Shown piece by piece: positions 38,245 through 50,006 of a stretch of 64,000 nucleotides of DNA. The translations under genes and the position numbers were made by a program. Source of the DNA: Lepidodermella squamata. Its lineage: Eukaryota; Animalia; Gastrotricha. The stretch lies in assembly GCA_047495785.1 (NCBI GenBank), contig JBLDXI010000003.1, positions 1,364,001-1,428,000 on the forward strand, read 5' to 3'. The notes under the pieces were generated by a model. That model was not told the origin of the DNA. It saw only the letters and a program-made list of their open reading frames with translations, and made no database searches. The stretch's first letter is position 1; the number at the start of each line of letters is the position of its first letter.

Positions 38245-38686
38245 ATGGCCACGAGAATTTTTATTATCTTCGCGATTTTCTCTTCAGCAAGTTGGCTTTT
38301 CTAATCATTAAACCTAATTGCATGCTTCCTAATGTTAAGGTGCTCTGACATGCTACTCTGGGAGTGATGCGAACAATTACGGACAATGCACAGCAAATTC
38401 GACCGGTTACTGTTTTGTAAGCCGCAGTTAAAATTCAATTCCTTTCGTGAATTTTTGAAAAATTCAGAAAAATGTGGCTCGAACAGCCGGTTACTCCACC
38501 TCAAAGGGTTGCACGTACTCTTGCACAGAGACAACCAATAGCTGTGTTTCAAATCTATGTTTCGACTCCTACTGCTGCAAATCCGGAGACTTATGCAACT
38601 CGACTAATAGAATTCTCTACTCAATAACAACTATCTTTTTGATCTGTATCCCAATTTATTTCAATTTCAGCAAATCAAGAAGCTGA
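38245..38686 (+). CDS. Ly6/uPAR three-finger protein, probably GPI-anchored
   Basis: Exons 38245-38290, 38340-38416, 38468-38686. Signal peptide, ALTCY start, CCKSGDLCN end motif, hydrophobic tail. Confidence 0.85.
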
Positions 38687-40242
38687 AAGCTGCGAATAAA
38701 GGCATGATAGCCATATTAGGAAGCAAATTCGTAGCCCCTGATTTGTTGCCAGACACAACATTCAAGTTGAAAAGGTTGTTATCAGCCGTGCCAGACATGA
38801 AACCGACGAACAGTGTCCCATTAGTATCCCCATCTCGCAGGGAGTAAGTCGAAAAGCTCGGCTTATATGGGAAGTACTTCGACTGGCCTGGTAGGACAAT
38901 CTCATCGTAAACAGCTGAGTTAGGGGTGCTTTCCGTGTAGGATACATAGGCGTTAACTTGGCCAACAACTACGTCAACAGTGATCGTAACGCCGATTTTC
39001 GTGATCGAAACTTTGATGAAGGTAGATTGAAGGGCTCCGAGTTCGAATTCGACCTTTTCATCGTCAATAATGACCTCAGCTGGGGTGTTGCAGGTCGAGT
39101 CTTCCAGCAGCTTCAGAATCGCTTCAAGGTACTCGAATGATGAGAGGAAAACATTCTGCGGCTGATTGTTCGCGATAGTCAGTAGTTCGCTGTAAACTAT
39201 GCCTTTTCCGATGCCAACTGAAATTGCTGTAATCTCAGCCTTTGCGACATTTTGCGAAGCCCTGATCAATACGGGTTCATCTTGGGTTTGGCCGTCAGTT
39301 AGAACCATGAAAACTGGTAGAATGCCAGAGACATTTTTTCGGAAATACGGTGTATAAACATTGTCCAAGGCAAATTGAATCGCCCGTCCAGTTTGGGTAT
39401 TCTGACCGATGTAAGGGACCTTCTTGATGGCCTTGTATGCCGTATCGTTGTTATACAAGTCGACAAATGACAATACAGGGCTGGTAGAATACGTGACTTG
39501 TGATACATGGGTATCCTTCTCACTCAGAGTCATAGTATCCACGATTTCCCAGATGAAATCCAGGGCCTTTTGATGATTGTCCTGTCCAACGCTGCCGGAT
39601 GAGTCCAAAATGAAGCACAAGTCACGCTTAGCTACACATTTGTAGGTCTGAAATAGAGAAATTAAGAGTGTTGCTATGTACAAAGAGTCCCTAACAACCA
39701 ACCTTTTCATGCTCTTTGTTGTTAGCAATGAACTGTTCAGCCGATCCCTTTTCGCCCTTCGATTGATATTTGGTGAACCAGTAATTAGCCTGGCCTTCGA
39801 GGGTCGGCGGGATATCGCCTAGAATCAGCAGGTAAAGTCTAGCAGCCAGTCCAGAGTAGAAAGGAATTCGGCAATCCTGCCATTTAGCCTTGGGCCAGTC
39901 AATTCCAAACGTTTCGTTGATTTTCTTGTGAGCCGCGGCGAATTTCGAGTTCTTCGCCGGGTTTTGAGTGTCGAGAAAATTTGCTTCGTCAACCTGCCAG
40001 ATGCCGCCGAAATAGTTTGCGCGGTACGTTGTCGAAATTTGGCCATCCATCGTCATTTGCCAGGCGATTCTATGCATTATTCCACTGTCTTGGGCGAAAA
40101 TTCCCGAAGACTCAATCCTGCTCACTACCTTGGTCACAACATCATGACCCTTCTCATACATGGTCATTGTTTTGTCGACCCCTTGCTGCATGGATAGCCC
40201 AGCGCATAAGAGGAATAACAAAAAAGAAAAAGTCCTAGCCAT
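38667..40242 (-). CDS. Surface protein: lysozyme-like domain + vWA + beta-rich region + GPI-like tail
   Basis: Exons 40242-39703 and 39647-38667 (55-nt phase-0 intron). Signal peptide; GGIWQVD, FGIDW, YSGLAARL, QANYW; vWA MIDAS DSSGS...T...TDG; hydrophobic C-terminus. Confidence 0.85.
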
Positions 40243-40509
40243 TTCTTTAGCTCTGAAAAATATATCGCGAAATGTGGCAGAAGTTGGGAAATTGGGCTTT
40301 TCAAGACTGCCTTATCTCTAAACAAGGTGTTGTAAAATACGGTGGGCTGTCCTGATAATGCTGCAAAAAACAAAATTCCTATCAGGCTAATCAAGAACAA
40401 TTCCTGATAATTTTCTGTGCTTCAGTTTCTAAATTAGACTTTGTTCCCACCCTTCGCTCAAAAGTCCAGTCGTTGGTCTGTGCTTTGTGATAACATGTTT
40501 ATTGGTGAG

Positions 40510-42631
40510 TTAACAAGCCTCCGCACATTCTAGTTCTAGAATTTTGATTCGGTCCTTATCGTCCAAAAACTTGAGAATTGCAGGACCATCCGGATCACTT
40601 GCCAAATAACTTTCCAGATCAGACCGATTCATTCGTAGTATTGCTTTTTCGATAACGCTCATCGCATGATGAGCATCTTGGCCTTGAAATTCACCGCGTT
40701 TCACCGATGCGAAGAAAGAGCTGAGCAGAGTCCTTCTCCCAATACTTTGCCTGCAAAGATCGAGTAGATTTGAGGGATCGAGTTTCGAAACTATTTCGTC
40801 TAATAGATGCCATCGTTTGTTCGTGAATGCCTGAGAAAGGACTTCGCTACACTTCAGGATTCCTTTCGGCCTAACAGGCCCGTAACAACAGTCCCCAATA
40901 GCAATCCTTAACCGCAGTTGAGCCAAGGAATTTGCGAAATTCCGTGATTCCAACGCGTTTTTCAACAAAGACTCATAAATGAGAGGATGAAGTTTGAAGT
41001 ACGTCTCTTCGCCGATTGAAATGCATTGCAGGAAAGATTTGAACACAAATTGCTGACATTTAGCTGTTGCCTGGTGCAGGGAATTGAGTCGCCATACAAC
41101 TGAAAGATCTTCACACGGAACTAGCTCACCAGGCTCGAAGAGTAAAAATGCATAGAAAATCCGTCTGAGATTCGATTCAGTGATATTCAGGCCACATTCA
41201 ACAAGACCTCCGACTGGGTTGATGTTGGATATAATGTATTTACCCTGGTGCTCAGGAGAGGCCGTCATCAAAGCCTCGTAAACTCCTCTAGGAATCGGCA
41301 GTGAGTAGTCTTTGAGCCTGCAAACGAAACGAGACCCAACGAGGTTGATTGCAATGGGTAGGCCTCTTGTAACTTTGGCTAGGTTCTTCATTTCTTCATC
41401 ATCCAACTTGCCACGTAGTTTGTAGACACTCTCTAGAATGTTGATGACCCTCTTCTCATCCAAACTCGCAAGGTATTGAGCGCTGCATATCTTCTGTAGG
41501 TTGAATTGAAGATGGATTTTCGATAGGATGTCCAAGTCGTTGGTAAGGGCGATACACGGTATATCAGGCCAGTTTTCATGGAAACACTCGAGTTCATTCA
41601 CGTTTTTGACACTATCAAGGACGAATAAGATTCTCTTCGGTACCGAGCCGTCTTCCTCTGTTGGCATGAGCTCGCTGATAGTTTTTGCGAATTCATCTTC
41701 GTCAAAACAAGTTCTGTTGTTCCGGTACCATTTCGCGCAGTCGCACCACACTACGTAATCGAAGCCACATGTTTCGCGAAGGAAGTCTTGTTTCGAGTTT
41801 ACAATTCGGCTTAACAAGACAGTTTTTCCGACTCCACTTACACCGGTGACTAGCAGCATCTTCACTACGTTGGAGGCCTCGAATAAGGGACGAATGTGAA
41901 GACTCTCCAAGGCTTCCAAAAGCTCGCGTTCTCGATGTTCGATCAAGTAATAAGGCTCTCCAATAAACTTTGGTACATTGATAAGCTGTAACCTGTGGAA
42001 TAGAGATAGGAAATGTAAGGCCAGTAAATTTGAGCTAAGTTAAGTTCAATTTAACATGAAAACCAAAAACTAATGAGATACCAAGCTCGATTTTTACGAA
42101 AATGTGAAGGGAAATGGACTCACTTTTCGGGCCGTGGACTGCGTCTCTTCAAATGCTGCGTAGCCATGAATTTCTTGAGTGCAGTGGCAACTTTTTCACA
42201 GGCAACATCAAACGGCTCATCTGGCGTGACTGAGAAGTCGATTTGACCCGCGGGTGGGTTGCCCCCTGGCAGTTGGTAGTGACTGAACGGCGATAAGCGG
42301 ATTAGGAAAATGGGTTTATCGATCGACGCCATGATAGCCGCCTCCTTCTCACACATGGCACTTTTCTGGTAGTCGTCGCATGTTATCAGTATGACAAATT
42401 CCGTAGACTCAAGATCCTGCAAGCAATGAAAATTCAACAATTTCGGAATTGAGATAAGAAATTCCTTACCTCACAGACTTTTTCCAGATCTTTTGGGCCT
42501 GTGTCTGGAGATTGGTTGTAGTCGATATTCATATTGCTCGAAAAAATGTGTTTCGACATCAAATAGTTGCAAATTTGCCGGACAGTGTCCTTCTGGGCGC
42601 AGCAATAGGTCACGCAGGCTAACACGCTCAT
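40510..42631 (-). CDS. TIR - NB-ARC protein without a repeat sensor (paralogue of 850-6646)
   Basis: Exons 42631-42470, 42416-42124, 41992-40510. TIR SAMCEKEA; Walker A GVSGVGKT, Walker B LFVLDSV, GLPI. Shares FYAFLLFEP and a phase-2 post-TIR intron with the long paralogue. Confidence 0.85.
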
Positions 42632-43474
42632 TTTTTCTGCGATTTTTTTTTATGTTGCGAAAAAAACTAACGCTGGGCGAGTGTTTGATATCACATGGCA
42701 ATCGATTGTTGCTGAGAGTGCGACTACTCAATTTTTGTTTGATGTCGATGGATTATAACCGATAATCTGTGATTTCATTAGAGTGAAATATTAATGCAGC
42801 CATCATCATCAAGCATCGGCGCAAGTGGCTTTTTATATCATGATGCGTATTATGAAAAAATTTAGCTAATAACATAAAAGCCGGCATTGATTTTCAGAAG
42901 CATTAGTCGATAAAATGGCAAAAAATTAATTACGCTCTAGAAATATGTCTACAGTCGATATCCATCGGGTAAAGCGTCTCTTGAGACAAATGAGGCTAAA
43001 GTGCAGGAATACCGGGACACAATTTCTTTATTCTTATATACTAGTGCAAACCCTGGCGTTTTTTCGCTTGTACATTTGTCATTAATTAAATTTCACCAAT
43101 CATCAAACGATCTGCCTGTTTCTGTTCGAAAGTGAATACAAGCTATCTTATCGCGAGAAGACCAACGGGAAAATGCTTAAAATAGTTGAGAAACGGAAGC
43201 AGTCGAAATTTGTCGATTCAAAAGTCGTGGGTAGAAATTAGACTCTGCCTATATGACTCCCAGTGAAGAAAACTACTACACTTAATGTAGTTCGAGTGAA
43301 ACCGATTACTGCATCAACTGTCAATCAGATTTAACCCCTGAAGGAAGCTCAGATATTTCAAATCCAATCTCGGTATGGCATCGTTCAACGCGAAGGCCAA
43401 TTTGAATTCGAAGGATGGACGGTCACAGATCGTATTACGTTAGGACATTCACGAAACGCTAAACGCCAATCACG

Positions 43475-43619
43475 GGCAGACCGTCATAACAGCAAATACC
43501 CAAAACAGCAAACGCGACAAAACAGCAAATTTCTCAACTTGCGACATAACAGCAGAAGTAAGTTTTCGCTGTTTTGTCGCATTCGCTGTTCTGCGAAGTT
43601 GCTGCTTTGTCTCCGTACC
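43475..43619. mobile_element. MULE-like MITE
   Basis: Imperfect palindrome of acaaaacagc units; 8-9 bp TSD (c)caatcacg; related copy at 60134-60322. Confidence 0.75.
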
Positions 43620-44047
43620 CAATCACGCAGATGGATCAACCTTCACGGTCATCATCCCTTTTTCAGATATGCCGTCACCGTGCACAGATTCCTAAGTTAG
43701 CTCTTTAGTTTTATTAATAGCAGGAAGTTGCCTGGATGTGTGAAATTACAGTAATTACACTACGCTGAAAGAACAAATATCAGGACAGATTTAGCATCAA
43801 AGTATATGCTCACAGGATATTGTGGTGTTTTATGTCTTCATCCAACGCAAACATACGGTGCTATACAGGAGATCAATCAGAAATTCACGGCTCGCCTTGA
43901 CCGATGAACCTAGAAAACAGGACATTTGTTAAACCCTGTTACGCGCCTTATCAGTGATCTCATCAATTATCAATAATGAAACGCAATGTTGAAATAAATG
44001 CAAATCAGTTTGCTCTAGCGTCAGTATAGGTCAAACAAAAAACCGTG

Positions 44048-45335
44048 TCATATCGGTGTAACAATGTGTGAAGTCTCTCCACTAAGAATTCGGCGGCTCG
44101 ACTGAAGTGGCTGTTTAATAACCTTTGCTGTAGAAATTCCGCCAGTTCCCCCAGTTTTGCTGTTCGTAGTTCGCACGGTGCCAATGGCAGTAGTGTTATT
44201 AACCCGTGATCCTACCTGCTTTTTGCCGCCAGGCCACCAAGGCAGTTTCTTTGAAAAACCTGGCTTCAACGTTTTTATGCAGGCGGATAGACTCATTTCC
44301 AATAAAATGCACACTTCGCCGTACTTGAGCAGTTGTCCACTTGCGTGCTTAGGGCCGATTTCACGATAGAACAGCTGAAGAATGAAATGAATAGTCAACG
44401 GCATGTGGCAGCTCATGTAGACGAGGAATGCAGCTAGCGATTGTTTTGCGATGAACATCTCCTTTTTGTACCACTCTTCCTCGATCTGATTACTTTTCGC
44501 GCTTCGAAATCGGACTCGTGCAGCTCGGATGGTGTGGAAAATCTTCCAGTAGTTGTAGGCCAGTCCAGAGCAAACTGTTTGCGATACGAAAACGAAGTAA
44601 ACAACGCCGAGGATGAGACTATCGACTGGGCCAGCAGCGAGGCGATCAACGAAAGATCCGCAAATTCGAACCGGTGGTGATGAAGTGGTTATGTTAGGGC
44701 TAATATCATTCATCAAGATCAGCCGTATCAATGGCAACGGGGTGAAAGACATAAGCATGCAAGCGACGCAGCAGAAAACCAGCAAACCGAAAGCCATACC
44801 GATCAGCTGTAATGTAAATGTTAAGAAATACTGAGGAATAATTGTTAGAGCTAACCTTGCGAGTATTGGACCGGTAAATGCTATTGGAGGCAACGCAAAC
44901 ACGACGTTCGTAGCTGATCAGAAGATTGACGAAAATGCCGTAACTGCCCGCGAACGTGTTGATCCAAAATGTGACATGGCACGCGATTTCGCTTGCTTCC
45001 CAGTAGCCAGTCGATAGTGTCACGAACAAAGCGGACGTCCAGTTGCCGGCCCATAGTACGTTTCGCGCAGCTGCTAGACTACACAGTATCAAAAAGTCGC
45101 GATTCACGTTACGCCTGTAGTAAATGAAGATATTCGCGACGCTTGCGAGAATGCCGACGATTGCTGCAACTGCAGTGACCGCGGTGTAAGACAATCGATC
45201 GTTGATCGACTGAGTGCTCAAATCGTGGTACCATCCAACGAAATACGGTCTCGGTCCTTCGAAGCCACGCTCCGGCAGATCGGCGAGTATCCACGAGCCG
45301 CCGGGCAGTATACTTGCATTGAACACTATCGACAT
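44048..45335 (-). CDS. Divergent orphan rhodopsin-like GPCR
   Basis: Exons 45335-44856 and 44806-44048 (49-nt intron). TM3 Cys and ISYER at the DRY position; TM5 YNYWKIF; TM6 KQSLAAFLVYMSCHMPL. Confidence 0.72.
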
Positions 45336-45887
45336 TCGTTGTATGCTTTCAAAAATGATTTTGGATAAATGAAACCACCCACAGTTTACATTCGCTTCTT
45401 CTCCTTTTTTTTCAAACACAGGAAATGGTATCATGTGTCAACATGAGCATCGATCAAGCATGAAAAACCTCCGCATGAACCTGCACAGACAAATTGCGTC
45501 GATTTACTGCGAATAGTAGCCATCAAGGCTGAATTCGAAGAAATTGCTTTTGCTTAGCGATTTTGCTGTGCTTAAAGCAGCGGTAATTCAAATGTTTCCC
45601 CAATGAACTGCAGTTGTGACATCACAGCTGCAGATACGTGTCCTTCCTATCGTCCGGCGAAGCGAAACCTGGCGAAGCCTGGCGTCCTGCTTCTTTCTTC
45701 TTCTTCTAGATTCTCGAAAGCGTTCTTGTTTCCCCGTATCTCTCCCACCTTTCAATGCCATATCTGGAGCGGACATGTGTAGTAGACAAGCGAGAGATAT
45801 GGCATGATAGAGTCCTGATAACTCACCCTCGAAACAACTTTCGGCTTGGCTATATGCTGCATTTTCGTCCTAAATACTCAGTCAGAA

Positions 45888-46838
45888 ATGGCACCCGTGA
45901 AGTTTCTCATTCTTGCTGTCACATTTTGCTACGTCCAGTGCAACGAGCCTGAAATTCCGCCGTGTAACGATGGCTTTTGTCCTCTCGATTCACGATTGAT
46001 ACCACTCAACTCGACTGAAGGCTACGAGATGCTAATGGACGGCAGGCCACACCACTTTTTCCAGTATATTCAGAACCTGGAGACGCAGCAATCTGCAATT
46101 CAATGTTGGCTGGGGACAGTTGTAACCGTCCTAAATTCAATTCATATCGACCCGCCGCATACCTACTGCGACAATGATGGAAATTCGTGTTACCGCCATT
46201 TTACGCAAGACTACATCGTCAATGACAATAACTGCACTATGGCTGTAATTGGAAATCCTTATGTCGGAATCTCGCTAACTCAAATGTCAAATCTCTTCCA
46301 GTGTTTCAATCTAACCACACAAATTCATTTTCATAACGAGACAACTCGCGACGGATTTATTGAGCTCTTCAGGAAAACTGTTGAAAGAGACGTTTTCGTC
46401 ATTGCGAACTACAAACGAGGCCCGGCATTACAGCAGCCACTTGACGGTGCTCATTACAGCCCAGTTGGCGCCTACAGTGAGGACAGAGACCGTGTGCTGA
46501 TGCTGGATGTTGCTCGGTATAAATATCCGCCGGAATGGGTGCCTACCCAGGATATGATCAATGCGATCAGCACTTGGTCCAGTGCTGATGAGCCGAGAGG
46601 CATTTTACTGGTGTACGGACGATCATATCCCGAGCAGATTTCCATAGGTGAGCTCTGAGTACTGAAGTTAGCACATTTGAAACTCGTCTCTTGTGTTGCA
46701 GATTATCAGGGCGAGAAGTTTCGTGGAATGGTACTGCTTGTCACGACCTGTGTTTTCGCAGCGCTTACCGTTCTTTTAATGGTCGCTCTGGTCCTTCAGC
46801 GGAAAAAGACTCGCCGTGCAACTTATATAGCAATTTAA
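45888..46838 (+). CDS. Phytochelatin-synthase-family (papain-like) enzyme with signal peptide, TM helix and YxxPhi tail
   Basis: Exons 45888-46647 and 46702-46838. ETQ-x5-C, AHYSPVGAY, LDVARYKYPPEWV give the Cys/His/Asp triad. Exon 2 encodes TM + RKKTRRATYIAI*. Confidence 0.9.
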
Positions 46839-47202
46839 ACATTAAATCAATTTTTACTTTGAAATGATGCCTGATATCCGGTTAATTCCGAGCAGAGTCA
46901 TTGAGTTTTTACTTTATGCCCGCATCTTGATCAAATCGAATAAACATCTCTTATTTCTCTGAGCGTAAAGCTGGTGGTGAATTTCCTTTTGTTTTCAGAG
47001 TCACATTTCATCATTGGTGCTGTTAGTGCCAAGATCCAAGATGCATAGTAAACTTAGGCAAGTAGTGAGCAAAACAATGCCGGAACACATGAATGGAGCT
47101 GTAAACAAACGTGTGCTCTTTCGCTATTACTACAACAGCCACATAAGCGTGGAGCTCAGCTCACCATAGTAAAATAAGAGCAGCTAACATTTCCTACCAA
47201 GC

Positions 47203-48404
47203 ATGCCCGAATTTCTGACGCAATCTCAATTTCAAGCGCTGAAAAATCATACTTACAAATGCGAGGGGCGGAGCTTCTTAGAGGAGCACATCCTACGCCA
47301 CTTTTGGGACTTTATCATGCGATTCGTCCCACTGAGATGGGTAAGACCTCATTTTCGTGAATTAGTCAAAGTTAATCTCGGAATTTCAAGGCGCCAAACT
47401 CGATGACTCTAACCGGGCTTGTTTGCATGGTTATCCCATTCTGCATCCTGGTCAGCTACAACTCAGGCGCTAAGCAGCATGACATCCCAGGCTGGCCTTA
47501 TCTCGCCATGGCTTTGGGAATGTTCATCTTTCAGACATTGGACAACCTGGACGGTCGGCAGGCCCGGAGGACAAAAAGCTCAAGTGCCTTGGGCGAATTC
47601 TTTGACCACGGGTGCGACACTATCTCCGACGCATGCATGACATTGTCCATTGCTATGGCGATTCGAATCGGAACGAATCTCGACCTAATGTTCATCTACG
47701 GCCTTTGCATTATTCAGGACTATGGCTTCTTCTGGCGGGCACATTGGACCGGGACTCACGTGTTTGGCGATGTTGATATCAGTGAAATTCAATGGATTAT
47801 CATTACAGTCCTCACTGCCACAGGGCTGAACCCGAAAATTTGGCACGAAACAGTGATTTACGGCTCAATTGATCTGAAATTAGTCATCACTTGCATTGCA
47901 TTCTTCTTCGCGATTTTCTATGTTGGTGACGTATTGCAAGACGTTTTTCGCATTGGAATTCTCAACAAAACTGGCGATAAGGAGACGAGGAAAAATGTTA
48001 CAGAGCCTTTGAAAGCTTTGCTGGTCAACATGGGACTAGCAACTTTGGCAAGATATCTGTCTAATGGCGTCTACGAAAGCTACCCTATTGCTTTCTTCAT
48101 TGTTTACGTAATTGTCATGGCGAAAATATCCTGCCGCCTTCTGATAGCGAATATGACGAAAACGCGTATGATAACGCTGGATAGCTCGTATTTCGCCTAT
48201 GCATTTCTGGTTCTTGCTAATCCTAACTACGTGCCAAATTCGCTGCATGTCTCGCAATCGGCAGCTGTTTTTGTAGCAGCTGCTTTTGCGGCTTTCGATT
48301 TTGTAAAATACTCCGTTTGCATCTGTACGCAAATTGCTGACTTTTTAGGGATTTATTGCCTCAGTTTGGACAAGCCAAAAGCCGAAGAACAGAAAAACAA
48401 ATGA
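47203..48404 (+). CDS. Choline/ethanolamine phosphotransferase (CEPT/CHPT/EPT family)
   Basis: Exons 47203-47340 and 47391-48404. WAPNSMT; CDP-alcohol phosphotransferase motif DNLDGRQARRT..LGEFFDHGCD. Confidence 0.92.
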
Positions 48405-49085
48405 ATCACTCTGAACCACATGTTACACAAATAAAAACAACATTTTTTTACTTTTCGGTTTTTGATTTTTCGTATTTTATCAAAGGAAATTTTAACCCTT
48501 AAAGCAGCAATAGCAGAACATTTCGCGTAAATTTTCCGGCCTTTTTCTTACCTATACTTAAATTGGAAAAATTAGCTTATCTTTTTTATCAGTACCCGCC
48601 AGAATTTGGAATTTATTATTATTTTTTTTAAATGTTTTTTTAACCATTCAAATCGCTAAATTCATCAGTTACACTTATGTTTGAGACCAGTTCATTCCTT
48701 TTTTCTTGCTAATCAGCAATCAGCATTCAGCTGATGTTTCATAAAGCTGGCACACCTCGTTGTAAACAACCGCGGACCGCCGATTCCAGCAAACAAAAAA
48801 ATGGCGTGAGCTTGCCCGCCTTTCCTATGAATCGACCCTTAACCCTAATTAAGAATCCCTTATCTCAACTCTTATCTTATCAATCCGCCCTGAATATAAC
48901 CGACTAATCATCGCTTGTTGTGAGATAACGTGGAAAGGAGGCCGCCTCTATCTGTGAATAAGATAAAGAGTGGGATGTTTTGTTTTCTTAAACCGGTTGT
49001 GTCTCTCGAATTCAGCGAGATAACGCCAGAAGCGTGGTTTTAAATTGTCCTGTGATAGTAGATTTTTTCTCCCGACAACTGAAAA

Positions 49086-49787
49086 ATGGCTTCAACTTTG
49101 TCACGACTCGACAACTGGCTGTCACACAAACTATCGATTTGCGCCAACGACCAGTCGAAATACGGCAATTTAAGATGGGCGATGAAAGCCTTGGAATGGA
49201 CTGGCAATGAAGCCCTGGTTTTCCCGATCGTTCTAATCCTAATCGCCGCTGCGGTCCCGCACCATGTCGATAGGATAACGCCTCATGAAGAAGTCAACGG
49301 ACTCCATGCGCAACTCCCGGCCTTCCTCGCTGTATTTTTCGGCCTTTTGATCGAAGTTTTCGCTGTGATTTTGGTCAAGCTTGCTGTCAAGCGGCCACGG
49401 CCTCAAATTAACAGAATGGATATGCACATGGTTCTGCCCGATGTCGACCAGTACAGCTTCCCATCCGGTCATACATCACGAATGACTATGCTGTGCTTCC
49501 TCATGAGTGAATTGTACTCCGACTTCCTCTACGCTCATCCTTACGCCTGGCCGATAGCTGCAATGACGATATTCGTTGGAATCATCGCAGTTTCCAGGGT
49601 CCTGCTCGGTCGCCACTTCCCGTCTGATGTCATTGCTGGAGTTTTCCTCGGAGTCGCTGTGGCTCAGTTGGTCATGTATGGCCTGGTGCCGTTTTTCGAG
49701 AACCATCGGATTCCAATCGAAAACGCCCTGTTCCACGTCAAAACCGTTGTTCCCTTCACATTCAGCAGCATTGTTCCTTCGAGCTAA
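49086..49787 (+). CDS. PAP2 lipid phosphatase, PLPP6/7-like (intronless)
   Basis: KLAVKRPRP, SFPSGH, SRVLLGRHFPSDV. Confidence 0.92.
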   Translation: MASTLSRLDNWLSHKLSICANDQSKYGNLRWAMKALEWTGNEALVFPIVLILIAAAVPHHVDRITPHEEVNGLHAQLPAFLAVFFGLLIEVFAVILVKLAVKRPRPQINRMDMHMVLPDVDQYSFPSGHTSRMTMLCFLMSELYSDFLYAHPYAWPIAAMTIFVGIIAVSRVLLGRHFPSDVIAGVFLGVAVAQLVMYGLVPFFENHRIPIENALFHVKTVVPFTFSSIVPSS

Positions 49788-50006
49788 ATTGAACCATGCA
49801 AATAAATTCTTCCCAGAATTGCTTGGAAGCATCCTGTGGAGAATTTATTGATATTTTCGCTTTTCTTTGACTTGAAGGCTGTCAATGCAAGAATTTTTCG
49901 CCTTGCTTTGTTTATTTTTGTTTCGAAGACTACAGAAAAAATGAGTAAAATTGCAATAATACTTGTAACATCGATGTGTCTTTTGGCATTAGGAATTTCG
50001 CGAAGA

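Noticed and set aside
39691-39728. Programmed frameshift or bicistron between overlapping ORFs (also 44706-44902 and 47403-47406)
   Set aside because: Each case is resolved by an ordinary 49-55 nt GT-AG intron.
43320-43470. Missing MAT last exon (DLTPEG-like peptide)
   Set aside because: No YGHFGR or WE motif, and the frame closes early.
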